DNA of 64,000 nt from Eledone cirrhosa. Its lineage: Eukaryota. The stretch lies in contig OZ024744.1 in assembly GCA_964016885.1 (NCBI GenBank), positions 91,202,001 to 91,266,000 on the forward strand. The letters are read 5' to 3'. How positions within the stretch are numbered: the stretch's first letter is position 1; every line of letters begins with the position of its first letter. The notes beneath the pieces were generated by a model. That model worked only from the letters and a program-made list of their open reading frames with translations, was not told the origin of the DNA and made no database searches. A program made the position numbers and the translations under genes. Below are positions 11,403-23,158 of this stretch, piece by piece.

Positions 11403-12293
11403 CTAGCAGTGGTACCCGGCGTTGCACGGGATAAGGTATTTTGGAACGCGGACCGCCAATAGACCTAATCGTGGAAAAACTGCATGCCTGGACAATATGT
11501 CAAGAAAATAAACCGAATACTCTGATGGCTGGATAATTTTAAAGATTTTCCTCGATGAAGCAGGAAAAATGCAGGTTTTTACCTAATGCAGGCCCTAGGG
11601 GATGTGCATAATATGCTTTGAAATTTCGGGAAAATCGGCTACACTTAACGCCTCAAAAAAGCCCGAAAAATCTGAAAAAAGATTTTCACCTAATGCGGAC
11701 CCTAGGCCATAAAAAAGTTGGATTTTCTTTGCCCGCAGTATGAAGAAGAGACTGACTAAAACATAGTTACAATTTCAAGGAAATCGGTCTGACGTAACGC
11801 CTCAAAAAAAACCCTAAAAAGCTGAACAAACGCAGTTTTTCACCTAATGCAGGCCCTAGGGGATGAAAAAGTGGAATTTTATGTGCATAACACTCCCTGA
11901 AACATAAGTAATACACATGTAAAGTTTGAAAAAAGTCGGTTGGGTATTTCTCGAGTTTTAGGGATTCAAACTCACTGACACACACACACCTCCTCAGGGA
12001 AGTGAGGTAATGCAGACAGCCAGACATACAATCAGATATTATAAGGGCGCGACGTTATATGTATGTATCTATCTAAAAAGAGAAAGATTAAGAATTATAG
12101 AGAGAGATCGCTAAATCGCCTAATACGGTCCCTAGGGCATTGAAAATTTGAAATTTTTTTTGCTCAGAACATTCCCTGAAACATAAGTATTACATGTGTA
12201 AAGTTTGAAAACAGTCGGTTGGGTGTTTCTCGAGTTTTAGGGATTCAAACTCACACACACACAGACAGACATCCTCAGTTTTATATATATAGA
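11403..12293 (-). mobile_element. Non-autonomous Helitron, family A copy 2
   Basis: Reverse complement of 5650-6564, with CTAG at 11403-11406 and 5' TCTATATATATAAAACTGAGG at 12293. Confidence 0.85.
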
Positions 12294-12963
12294 GATGATA
12301 TAATAGCTGTGACTTACATTGAACACTTGTTATTATAGTATAGTTTGGATTGGCAGTATCGGTAGAGGGTCGGACGCCATGCTTTTGTAGCAAAGAGTTA
12401 CAGCCCTTTATGATCTGAGTTCAAATCCCGCCGAGGTTAACTTTGCCTTTCATCCTTATGGGGTCGATAAAATAAAGTACCAGTAATACACTGGGATAAT
12501 AGCTGGCCTTGTGCCAAAAGTAGAAACAGTTATTATAGTATAGTTTATTACTCATGATTTACAACTGGTCAAGTATGTATACTAGTGGACGACTCTTTCG
12601 TTATGTTTCGGTATCGCTAGAACGTCGGACACCATGCTTTGCAGCATTGTGTTACGTCCCTTTAAATTCTGAGTTCAAATCCCGCCATGGTTAGCTTTAC
12701 CTTTCATCCTTACATAGCTCGGAAAATAAAGTACCAGTAATGCACTGAGGTAGATTTAATCGACTTCCCCTCCCCTTCAAATTGCTGGCCTTGTGCCTAT
12801 GGTAGAAACAATTATGTTTCTTTGGCAAACTGTAAAGAAGCGATGTTTATGGATTATTGTATATTAAGTTGATAATATCTTTCATGAATATGGTTTTCAT
12901 ACGATGCAAGTCAACAAAAAGTGAGCCAGAAAAGAAAAAACAAAAACGGGTGTAAGGATATAA

Positions 12964-13195
12964 TCATCATCATCATCATCATCATCATCGTTTAACGTCC
13001 GTGTTCCATGCTTGCATGGGTTTGGATGGGAGTTTTCCCACTTGAGGCAAGAGTGGTTGTCTTGCTCGCATAGGACTGTCTGGTGGGTTTTCTACGGCTG
13101 GATGTCCTTCCTAACACGAACCACATTTACAGTGTGGGGCTGGGAGGTTTTTACCGTGTTACCTACACGGCCACATTACAGCGTGGACTGTCTGG
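12964..13195 (-). mobile_element. RTE 3'UTR fragment with (GAT)n tail (similar fragments at 20965-21230, 46958-47585, 53955-54420, 59296-59832)
   Basis: Homologous to the 3'UTR of the RTE at 48368-48670. Confidence 0.8.
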
Positions 13196-13196
13196 C

Positions 13197-13450
13197 TGAA
13201 AATTATTGTGTACAGTGCTCAGGTGCACTACAACTCATCAAAGGTGCAAGTATACTACATAGAATAATGTACAAATGTCAAGAAAGTGAACAGTGTATGA
13301 GTCATGATATACACGCACATACATGTGTGTGTGTGTATGGAAGCGGAATATCAGGTGTAGTGTTGGTGAATATCAGGAAGTTTTGAAGGATGATGTGTCC
13401 CGACAGCTAACAACTGATGCAGCTAGTTTGTTCCATGCTTCAGTAACTTG
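13197..13450 (-). mobile_element. 5'-truncated 3' end of the CR1 family at 23041-26920 (also 38096-38140, 39165-39428)
   Basis: ATTATTGTGTACAGTGCTCAGGTGCACTACAACTC... matches 23055-23260. Confidence 0.85.
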
Positions 13451-14259
13451 GCGGCACTAGTGATGGTGACGGTGGTGGTTATCGTTTAGCTGGTTGTTGT
13501 GGGACATTGCTAGTAGCACTGGTGGTGGTTGTGGTGGTGGTGATGGTTGAGTTGGTTGTTGTGGGACAGTGGTGGCACTAGTAATGGTGATGGTGGTGGT
13601 GGTGGTGGTGGTTGTTGTTTAGTTGGTTGTTGTGGGACAGTGGTGGCACTAGTGATGGTGATGGTGGTGATTGTCGTTTAGCTGGTTGTTGTGGGACATT
13701 GCTTGTAGCACTCTGGTGGTGGTTGTGGTGGTGGGGGCGTTGATTATGAGGAGTGGAATAGTGGCAGTGGTGGTGGCAATGGTGTTGGTGGGGTGGGGGG
13801 GGGGGGGGGTGCTGGTATGACCATGTAATGTGCAAAGGAAGCAAGAATTATATAAAAAGGGGGTTGAGTGTTTGTTGTAGATTGACAACAATAAATAGTG
13901 TATACTTGCAGCCAGAGAAATACCTACAAAAATCAATCTCTCATGAAAACTCCTTTATCAACATATACACATTTCAAATAACTCTGGATGAGGTGAAGAT
14001 GTGTGACTTAGTGGTTAGGGTGTCGGACTGATGATTATAAGGTTGAAGGTTCAATTTCTGGATCGGGTGGTGCATTGTGTTCATGAGCAAAGTACTTTAT
14101 TTCATATTAATCCTCCTGCTAGTTGTGACCAGCAGATAATATCAGCAATGGTAAAAACTAATGGAAATATTGTTCCTTGGTTCGATCTGATGATCAGCTC
14201 CTATCCTTTTGGACAAGGTATAAATGTAATAATTTTAAATTAGTGGTTAGAGCATTGGC

Positions 14260-14563
14260 CTTGCAATCGAAAGGTTGTGAGTTCAATTCTCAGACCGGGT
14301 GATGTGTTGTTTCCTTGAGCAAGACACTTTATTTCACATTGCTCCAGTTTAGTCAGCTGTAGAAATGAGATGATAGGGACTGGGGTCCATATCATTCCAC
14401 TGCAAAGTGGTCGTGGAGGTGCCACAGCAAAAAAAGCACCCAGCACTCACTGTAAATGAGGTTGGTGTTAGGAAGGGCATCCAGCTGTAGAAATCAAGCA
14501 AGAAGCAGTTCCCGTCCCACCCTTGCAAGCAGGGAAAAAGTGGACGTAAAATGATGATGATGA
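14260..14563 (+). mobile_element. tRNA-derived CORE-like SINE with RTE-derived tail (copies 34342-34610, 47870-48193, 56537-56879, 59874-60248, 62225-62621)
   Basis: Family A box TGGCTTAGTGG (clipped here), B box GAGTTCAATTC, CORE-like CCTTGAGCAAGACACTT...CTCAGCTGTAGAAATG, 3' part matching the RTE 3'UTR, (GAT)n tail. Confidence 0.88.
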
Positions 14564-15080
14564 TTTCACTTCTTAAAAACATCTCGGGTTTCAAATCTAT
14601 ATTGCGTTATTTTATTTTTTATGTTTATTATATATTATTTATTGATAGCGGTGGATTGGCAGTATCGGTAGAGAGTCGGACGCCATGCTTTGCAGCAAAG
14701 AGTTACGGCCCTTTATGGTCTGAGTTCAAATCCCGCCGAGGTTGACTTTGCCTTTCATCCTTACGGGGTAGATAAAATAAAGTACCAGTAATGCACTGGG
14801 TAATTGCTGGCCTTGTGCCTAAAGTAGAAACAATTATTTATTGAAGAGGAGGGGTGGGGTGATTGGCAGTAATTGGTAGAGCATTGGACAGCATGCTTTA
14901 CAGCATATAATTATGTCCCTTTATGTTTTAAGTTCAAATCTCACAGATGTTAACTTTACTTTTCATCCTTATGGGGTTGATAAAATAAAGTACCAGTAAT
15001 GCACTGGGGCTGAATTAATTGACTTTCTCCTCCTCCAAAATTATTGGCCTTGTGCCTAAATCATTATTTATTGGTATTGA

Positions 15081-16459
15081 CCCTTTAGCATTTAAACTGG
15101 CCATATCCAGCCAGAATTATTTCACCTCTTTCTGTTCAAAACAGTCGTAAAATGGCCACTCATACTGATGTTAAGGTATTGTTCTCAAAATAAACAATAT
15201 CAAAATCTCATAGATTCGACATTATGTGAGATAATTATGTAAGATAAAGCCTTTAACATGAAAATACAATGGTAAATATAGAGTAATGTAAATGTTATGT
15301 GAGATAAAGCCTTTAGTGTAAAAATACAATAGTAAATATAGAGTAATGTAAATGTTATGTGAGGTATTATATGAGGTAAAGCCTTTAGTGTAAAAATACA
15401 ATAGTAAATATAGAGTAATGTAAATATTATGTGAGGTATTATGTGAGATAATTATATGAGGTAAAACCTTTAGTGTAAAAATACAATAGTAAATATAGAG
15501 TAATGTAAATATTATGTGAGGTATTATGTGAGATAATTATATGAGGTAAAACCTTTAGTGTAAAAATACAATAGTATATATAGAGTAATGTAAATATTAT
15601 GTGAGGTATTATGTGAGATAATTATGTGAGGTAAAACCTTTAGTGTAAAAATACAATAGTAAATATAGAGTAATGTAAATATTATGTGAGGTATTATGTG
15701 AGATAATTATATGAGGTAAAGCCTTTAGTGTAAAAATACAATAGTAAATATAGAGTAATGTAAATGTTATGTGAGATAAAGCCTTTACCGTTAAAATACA
15801 ATAGTAAATATAGAGTAATGTAAATGTTATGTGAGGTAAAGCCTTTACCGTTAAAATACAATAGTAAATATAGAGTAATGTAAATATTATGTGAGGTATT
15901 ATGTGAGATAATTATGTGAGGTAAAGCCTTTACCGTTAAAATACAATAGTAAATACAGAGTAATGTAAATGTTATGTGAGATAAAGCCTTTACCGTTAAA
16001 ATACAATAGTAAATATAGAGTAATGTAAATGTTACGTGAGATAAAGCCTTTAACATGAAAATACAATAGTAAATATAGAGTAATGTAAATGTTATGTGAG
16101 ATAAAGCCTTTACCGTTAAAATACAATAGTATATATAGAGTAATGTAAATGTTATGTGAGATAAAGCCTTTACCGTTAAAATACAATAGTAAATATAGAG
16201 TAATGTAAATGTTATGTGAGGTAAAGCCTTTACCGTTAAAATACAATAGTATATATAGAGTAATGTAAATGTTATGTGAAATAAAGCCTTTACCGTTAAA
16301 ATACAATAGTAAATATAGAGTAATGTAAATGTTACGTGAGATAAAGCCTTTACCGTTAAAATACAATAGTAAATATAGAGTAATGTAAATGTTATGTGAG
16401 GTAAAGCCTTTAGTGTAAAAATACAATAGTAAATATAGAGTAATGTAAATGCTAAAGGG
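15081..16459. mobile_element. piggyBac-type MITE expanded by an internal ~60-bp minisatellite
   Basis: TTGA|CCCTTTAGCATTT at 15081 and AAATGCTAAAGGG|TTAA at 16459; 15230-16450 is tandem AAAGCCTTTACCGTTAAAATACAATAGTAAATATAGAGTAATGTAAATGTTATGTGAGAT-type units. Confidence 0.9.
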
Positions 16460-16794
16460 TTAAAAGGATAGTGGATTGGCAGAATGATTAGTATGTCAGA
16501 TAAAATCAATGCTTGATGATATTTGTTCTGGCTCTTTTATGTTCTGAGTTCAAATCCTGCCAAGGTCAACTTTGCCTTTCATCCTTTTGGCGTTGATAAA
16601 ACGAAGTACTATTGAAATATTGAGGTTGATATTACAGGCTTTCTCCTTCTCCATAAATTGCTGGTCTTGTGCCTAAATTAGAAACTAATATTTATTGGTA
16701 TTTTCTTTTTTTTTCAGATTAACTCCCAAAACAACAAAAAAATCATCGCTTTGGAATATTTTAACTTCTAGAAACTGTTAAGAGACTGTTGGCA

Positions 16795-17597
16795 ATGTCT
16801 CAGTGTTCACAAGAATGTTCCGAGTCGTTATCAGATGCTCAACAATCCGAAATTCTTTATTCCGATTCATTTGAAAGCTTGTCTTCAAGCAATGAAGAAG
16901 ATAGCAATGTTAACTCTTACAGTGGCCAAGAAAAACTTCCTACATATTCAAATGACTCTTTAAGTGTCAGTACAAATGATGACACTATTACTAGATCTGT
17001 TTCTGATAGTGGCAAAGAAAAACCAGCCACATATTCAAATGACTTTTTAAGTGTTGGTTCAAAGGATGACACTATTACTAGATCTGTTTCTGATAGTGGC
17101 AAAGAAAAACCAGCCACATATTCAAATGACTTTTTAAGTGTTGCTTCAGATGATGACACTATTACTAGATCTGTTTCTGATAGTGGCAAAGAAAAACCAG
17201 CCACATATTCAAATGACTTTTTAAGTGTTGGTTCAGATGATGACACTATTATTAGATCTGCTTCACTGACAACAAAAGAACCTACTGACAATTCAAATAT
17301 TTCAGATGTTACTTACACAGATACGTTTGTTAGTTTTTCTGATGAAGATGAAACTGATCAAAAGAAGAGCGATTCCACGTCTTTGGTTGATTTTCCACAT
17401 TCCGACAGCGAAATAAGTTACTCAGATAGATTTGAGGCGAGTGGAACTACTAGTCTTGTATCGCAGCATGAAAACTCGTCGTGTATTTCACGTTATGGGA
17501 CAATTACAAGTGATCCACAAGAGGAATCTTTGCAGGAAGAATCTAGTAGGGAAGAGGAAGATTTTTATGATGGAATCCAGAAAGATTCATATTCAAG
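16795..17597 (+). CDS. Probable first coding exon of a host gene: Ser/Asp/Glu-rich, low-complexity protein with 29-aa repeats (uncharacterised)
   Basis: Strong acceptor (T)nCAG at 16717, ATG at 16795, 803 nt open, donor AAG|GTAAAG at 17597; no TE similarity seen; 87-bp in-frame repeats at 16921, 17008, 17095, 17182. Confidence 0.7.
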
Positions 17598-17649
17598 GTA
17601 AAGACATTTTTTAAATTTATTTATTCATTCATTCACATATTCATTTATT

Positions 17650-18169
17650 CACCATCTCCACCACCACCATCATCATCATCACAATCACCATCATCATTAT
17701 CACCACCACCACCATTACCATCACCACCATCACTATCTTCATCATCACCACAATTGTCATCATCAAAATCATCATCAACATCACCATCATCAACATCACC
17801 ATCATCATCATCATCAATATCATCATCATCATCATCACCATCACAATCACAATCACAATCATCACAATCATCATCACCACCATCATCATCAATATCATCA
17901 TGACCACGACTATCATTGTCATCACCATCACCACAACTATTATCATCATCATCACCATCATCATCATCACAATCATCATCACTGTTGTCACCATCACCAT
18001 CACCACCACCATCATCATCATTGTCACCACCAGCACTGTCATTATCATTACCACCATCACCACCACCACCACAATCATCATTATCTCAACTATCATCGTA
18101 ATCATTATCATCATCATCACAATCATCATTGCTGTTGTCATCATCATCATCATCATCATCATCATTATT

Positions 18170-18200
<31 letters not shown>

Positions 18201-18255
18201 TCACTTCCACCACCACCACCACCACCACCACCACCACCATTACTTTCACCATTAT
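17650..18255. repeat. Degenerate (CAT/CAC)n microsatellite
   Basis: Direct inspection. Confidence 0.95.
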
Positions 18256-18729
18256 AATTTGTTACGGCCATTTTTTTTCATGATTAACATGGGTTATATG
18301 TGTCCTTTCCATTACAGTATCTCTCCACTTGTTTCTTGCCTTTGTCATCTTTTTAAGGTTCAGCTCCTTGAGGTCAGTCAGCTTTCACCAACCCCTGTCT
18401 CCATGTCTTCCTTTCATGGTCTTCCTTTTTTCTCTACTTCCTTCCACTCAAACTGAAAGTGACTCCTGTCACTTCTACACCCATGGCTGTCATCATCCAT
18501 ATGCATTATGTGTTTGTACCAGTGCAACATTCTCTCCTGCATTCTACATCTGATTCCTCGTATATCTAGTTTGTTTTTTCTCTGAAATCATCTGAATATA
18601 CTTAGTCTGTTACTCTTGTAGCAGTTGCCTCCCTTGTTGTGACACTCACAACACCATCTAGACAGGAAGTAGAACACTTTCTGTAACTTCCGGTCAGAAC
18701 CCTATAAAACTAACAACTTTAAGTTCCTT

Positions 18730-19700
18730 GCTATACTCTTGTACCTGTTCTAGCCGTCCGGTTGAGGCCATGCTGGGGCACTGTCCTTGTTGCTACACAT
18801 TCTATCTCCAGCCTGTGTTGGCTGGCTGGCCATTGGTGTAAAAGGGAGTTTGTTGCTGCTGCCCTTAGGTCACCTTCGTACAGTGGTGTGGGCTTATCCG
18901 GGATCCTGGATAGTATGGTGTCAAGATGTTTCTTGAAAACATCCACGTCCACACCATGAGGATCTCTCAAATTTCTTAACAGCTTGTTGAAAAGTTGAGG
19001 GCCTTTGAACTCCAGGTTTTTGTAATATCTGCTCTCAATGTCAAAGTTTGGTGCTAATCCCTCCAGGATTTTTCATATGAACATCACTGCGTATCTCTCC
19101 TGCCTTCGTTCCAAGGAATAGAATTTCAGTTCTTTAAGCATCTCCCAGCAGCTCATCTCCTTCATCGTGGCAATCCTCTTGGTGTAGCTTCGTTGGATTG
19201 CCTCAAGCTCCATGGTTAGTTTGATACTATGAGGCGACCACAGCTGGGAGCAGCAGTCCTCCATAGTATCAACATGGTCTCTTGGTCTCTTGTCCAGAAA
19301 GTCCTCAAGATCCAGCCAGTGAGTCGTCTGTACATTGTCGTCACCCTCATGATGTGTGAAGAAAAAGATGCATCATTGCTCATGTCTATCCCCAGGTCTT
19401 ATATTGATTTCGACATGGGGATTTTGATCCCTCCTGGTCCGGTGTAGCTGTGTTGTATTGTCTTTGTGTTTGCAGGTTGGTATTGTAGGGCTTGACATTT
19501 TCCAGCATTAAACTGCATGTTGTTGTCCTCAGCCCATTTGTATATGGCATCCAGATCTTGTTATAAAAGGGCAGCATCAGCCGGGATTTTGATTGCCTAT
19601 GCTACCTTTGTGTCATCAGCATAGCTAGTGAGGGATTTAGTATGTTCTATAGTCTTGTCTGAGAAAGCCACCAGAACCAGTAGTGATCCCAAGACTTCCT
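18730..19700 (-). mobile_element. Decayed CR1-clade LINE, 3' part of RT and 3' end (second CR1 family)
   Basis: Minus-strand SYADDT at ~19608-19626, CSQLWSP..ELEAIQRSYTKRI..LERRQERY; multiple frameshifts. Confidence 0.85.
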
Positions 19701-22093
19701 GAATATCTTTTTATAAATCTATATATAAATTTGAGTGACTTCCGTCTGTCCATCACACAATGTGTGTGTATATGTGTTTGTAAAAGGAAGGAAGGAGATG
19801 GTGAAAAAACTATAGCAAAACAGTGGCTGGTGTTCCATATGTTACGTTGTGTGTGAGTTTGTGTAAATGTGTGGTTGTATGTGTGTTTTTGTGAATATGT
19901 GTGTGTGTGTAAATGTATGTCTGTCAGTATTTATTTTTCGTAAGTGTGTCTGTGTTTGCGTGTTTATATTTATATACTCATACATATAAATGTATGCATA
20001 TGTACATACACACATCCACACACACATATAGACATATACACACAAAATTGCTAAATTTTTAATTTATTTCATGCAGTGACATGCTGACATGTATTGAAAA
20101 AAGTTCTAGTGCAGAAAATCACTCTATCAGGGTTGGTGATAGAATAACAACAAGATCAATACTCTTTAAAATCTACACACACAAATATACACATACACAC
20201 AATGCATTTCATATAACAATCATATTACAACAATATGAAGTTCACTTTCCAGTTATAAGGTCCTGGGTTCTGACTCTACATTTATCCCTGTAAATATTTA
20301 TTTCGCAAAAGTTACTCATGCATTTAACCCTTTAATATTTACATTACTCTATATATACTATTATATTTCCATGGTAAAGACTTTATCTTATATAATTATC
20401 TCACATAATATGGAATCTATGATATTATGATATTATTTATTTTGAGAACAATATCTTAACGTCAGTATGAGTGGCTTGTTACAGCTGGTTTGAACAGAAA
20501 GAGGTGAGAGAATTCTGGCTGGATACGGCCAGTTTAAATGCTAAAGAGTTAATTCTGTTTGTCATTTGTATATACATCCGGATCATTTGACAGTCGATCG
20601 ACTTTTGTCAAATTGGAACAACGAAACAATGTTTCCATTGGTCTTTCCAATTGCTAATACTATCTATCGGTCGCAACTCCAGATAGAAGGAGCAATGTGA
20701 AATAAAGTGTCTTGCTCAAGAACATAATGCATCACCCGATCCAGGAATCAAACTAACAACCTCACAATTGCGAATCTAATTCTCTTACCACTCAGCCACA
20801 TGACTGAACATTAATTTACTTAATTATACCCTAAAAATATATTAAAATATCATTTTTTTATCTTTAATCACTTCTTCATGCCAATAATCAAAATAAACTA
20901 TAGGATTTCTCTTTAGCAAACCATAAATTTAACAGAGTATAAATTTCTCAGTTTGTATGATTGTTCATCATCATCATTATCATCATCATCGTTTAACATC
21001 TATCTTCCATACTAGCATGGGTTAGATGGGAGTTGTCCCAATTGAGGCAAGATTGATCAGGTGACCATGTCTCACTCGTATAGGACTGTACCTGGCAGGT
21101 CTTCTACGGCTGGATGCCCTTCCTAACACCAACCACATTTACAGTGTGGGACTGGGAGCATTTTTACTGTTTCTCCTACACGACCACTTTACAGCATGGA
21201 CTGGGTGCTTTTTGTCATTACACCTATATCCAGTATTTCTGGTATATATGGCAAACCAATCCTGGACTCCAAAAATTAAATATGTTGAACACTATTGCTT
21301 TTATTATTGATGACACTGGTTCACTAGTAACATGATAATTGTTTCTACGTTTGGCACAGGGCCAGCAATTACCTAGTGTATTACTGGTACTTTATTTTAT
21401 CGACCCTCTAAGGATGAAAGGCAAAGTTAACCTCGGCGGGATTTGAACTCAGAACATAAAGGGCCATAACCCTATGCTACAGACATTGGGTCTGGCGCTC
21501 TACGGATACTGACAAACCACCGCCCTAACATAATTGTTTCTACTTTTGGCACAAGGCCAGCAATTATCCCAGTGCATTACTGGTACTTTATTTTATCGAC
21601 ACCGTAAGGATGAAAGGCAAAGTTAACCTCGGCGGGATTTGAACTCAGATCATACAGGGAGGTAACTCTATGCTTCAAAGCATGGCGTCCGACCCTCTAC
21701 AGAGACTGCCAATCCACCACCCTAACATAATCATAATAATATCTAACTAATAGGCAAACCATTACTCACTAGAATAGAACATGAATAACTAAAGAAAGAA
21801 TGGCTGGATGGATGATTTTATTGGCAAAGCCTACAGGTAGGAGACCCAGAAGTAGACCATGAGCAAGATGGTTGGATAACATTCATGAACCCAGTTGGTC
21901 TTGCTTGGGGATCAAAAGGGTAAAAAAAACTGGGTGTCGATGAGTGGCGTGGGAGAGTGTTACAAGCCATGCACAGAGATGCTATCATTAAATTTAGAGT
22001 TAGTAATGAGTTTAATGAGAAACTTAGTGTCCATGTAGGTGTGTATCAAGCCTTACTTCTCAGCCCTCTCCTGTTTATCATAATACTCCAAGG

Positions 22094-22258
22094 CAAGGCT
22101 TATGAGAGTAGGAGTCCAGCAGGTACTTTGTTCTGGGGCTCAAGAGCTAAGAAGACCCCGCAGCTACCATGCAATATCCATTTTAAGTAAAATCTTTGCT
22201 TGCTTTGACCCCCAAAGGGATCTTATACTGCCTTGCAAAATTTCTCTTGGAGGCCCTG
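22094..22258. mobile_element. hAT-like MITE inside the RTE remnant
   Basis: Termini CAAGGC.../...GGCCCTG; 8-bp TSD CTCCAAGG (22086-22093) / ATCCAAGG (22259-22266). Confidence 0.7.
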
Positions 22259-22422
22259 ATCCAAGGTCTAATAGAGAGAAGTTTAAAACTGACTGTCTAT
22301 AAAATCTCCTATATACTAACAACTTATAAGGGTTGGTTGAAAAGTTCATAGGCTGACCAAGATACTCTCAGGAAATAACCAAATGAGGTTTATCTTTCAA
22401 CATAGTCCCTAGAAAGAAACAA

Positions 22423-23040
22423 TCATCATCATCATCATCATATTCCATCGCTAGCATTGTCCATCTTCATCGTCCATCATCATCGTCCATCTTCCACGCT
22501 AGCATTGGTTAGACGGGAGTTGTCTCACTTAAGGCAAGGTTGGTCGGGAGACCATATCTTGCTCATATAAGACTATCTGGCAGGTTGTCTACAGCTGGAT
22601 TCCCTTCCTAACACCAACCACATTTACAGTGTGGACTGGGAACCTTTTACCGTGTCACCTACACGGCCATATTACAGCGTGGACGGAGTGGGAGGATAGG
22701 GTAGGGGTAGTGGATTGGGGTGTATATTTGGTTAAGAGGTCCCTACTGACTGTAGGTTTCACTTTGTACATAGGCAAGGCGGTCTTCTGTATTACTGCGT
22801 AGTGTCAAAGATCTTGGTCCAGTGACATTGTAAGTGTGTAAGGTCGGAATTTATCAGATCGTCCCAGGTTTTTCTGGGTCTACCTACTCCGTAACTACCA
22901 TCAATTTTGATCACCCTGCACTTTTTTATACAGCTGTTGTCTTTCAAGTGCATCACGTGACCATACCAACGTAGTCTTCTCTCAAGTAAACAGCATCTGA
23001 TCCCTCTTATTCCTAATTTCTCACTTAGTTCATTTATATA
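22423..23040 (-). mobile_element. 5'-truncated RTE copy (its last ~18 bp lie at 26921-26938)
   Basis: (GAT)n tail, 3'UTR and C-terminal coding sequence (RRLRWYGHVMH..GRPRKTWDDLI) homologous to 48368-48990. Confidence 0.88.
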
Positions 23041-23158
23041 ATAATAATAATAATGAAATTATTGTGTAAAGTGCTCAGGTGCACTACAACTCGTCAAAGG
23101 TGTATGTATAGTACATAGAATAATACACAAATGTCAGGGAAGTACATGCGTGTATGTG

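Noticed and set aside
15694-16509. 271-aa and 175-aa repetitive ORFs
   Set aside because: Stop-free frames of the 60-bp MITE minisatellite.
17641-18283. Met/Val- and Ile/Thr-rich ORFs (likewise 3789-4475, 45723-46799, 54873-56639)
   Set aside because: Translations of microsatellites.
19718-19760. Fourth Helitron family 5' end (TCTATATATAAATTTGAGTGACTT, inverted copy ~29940-29968)
   Set aside because: The shared 5' motif is real but no convincing hairpin-CTAG 3' end could be assigned, so it is not listed as a feature.
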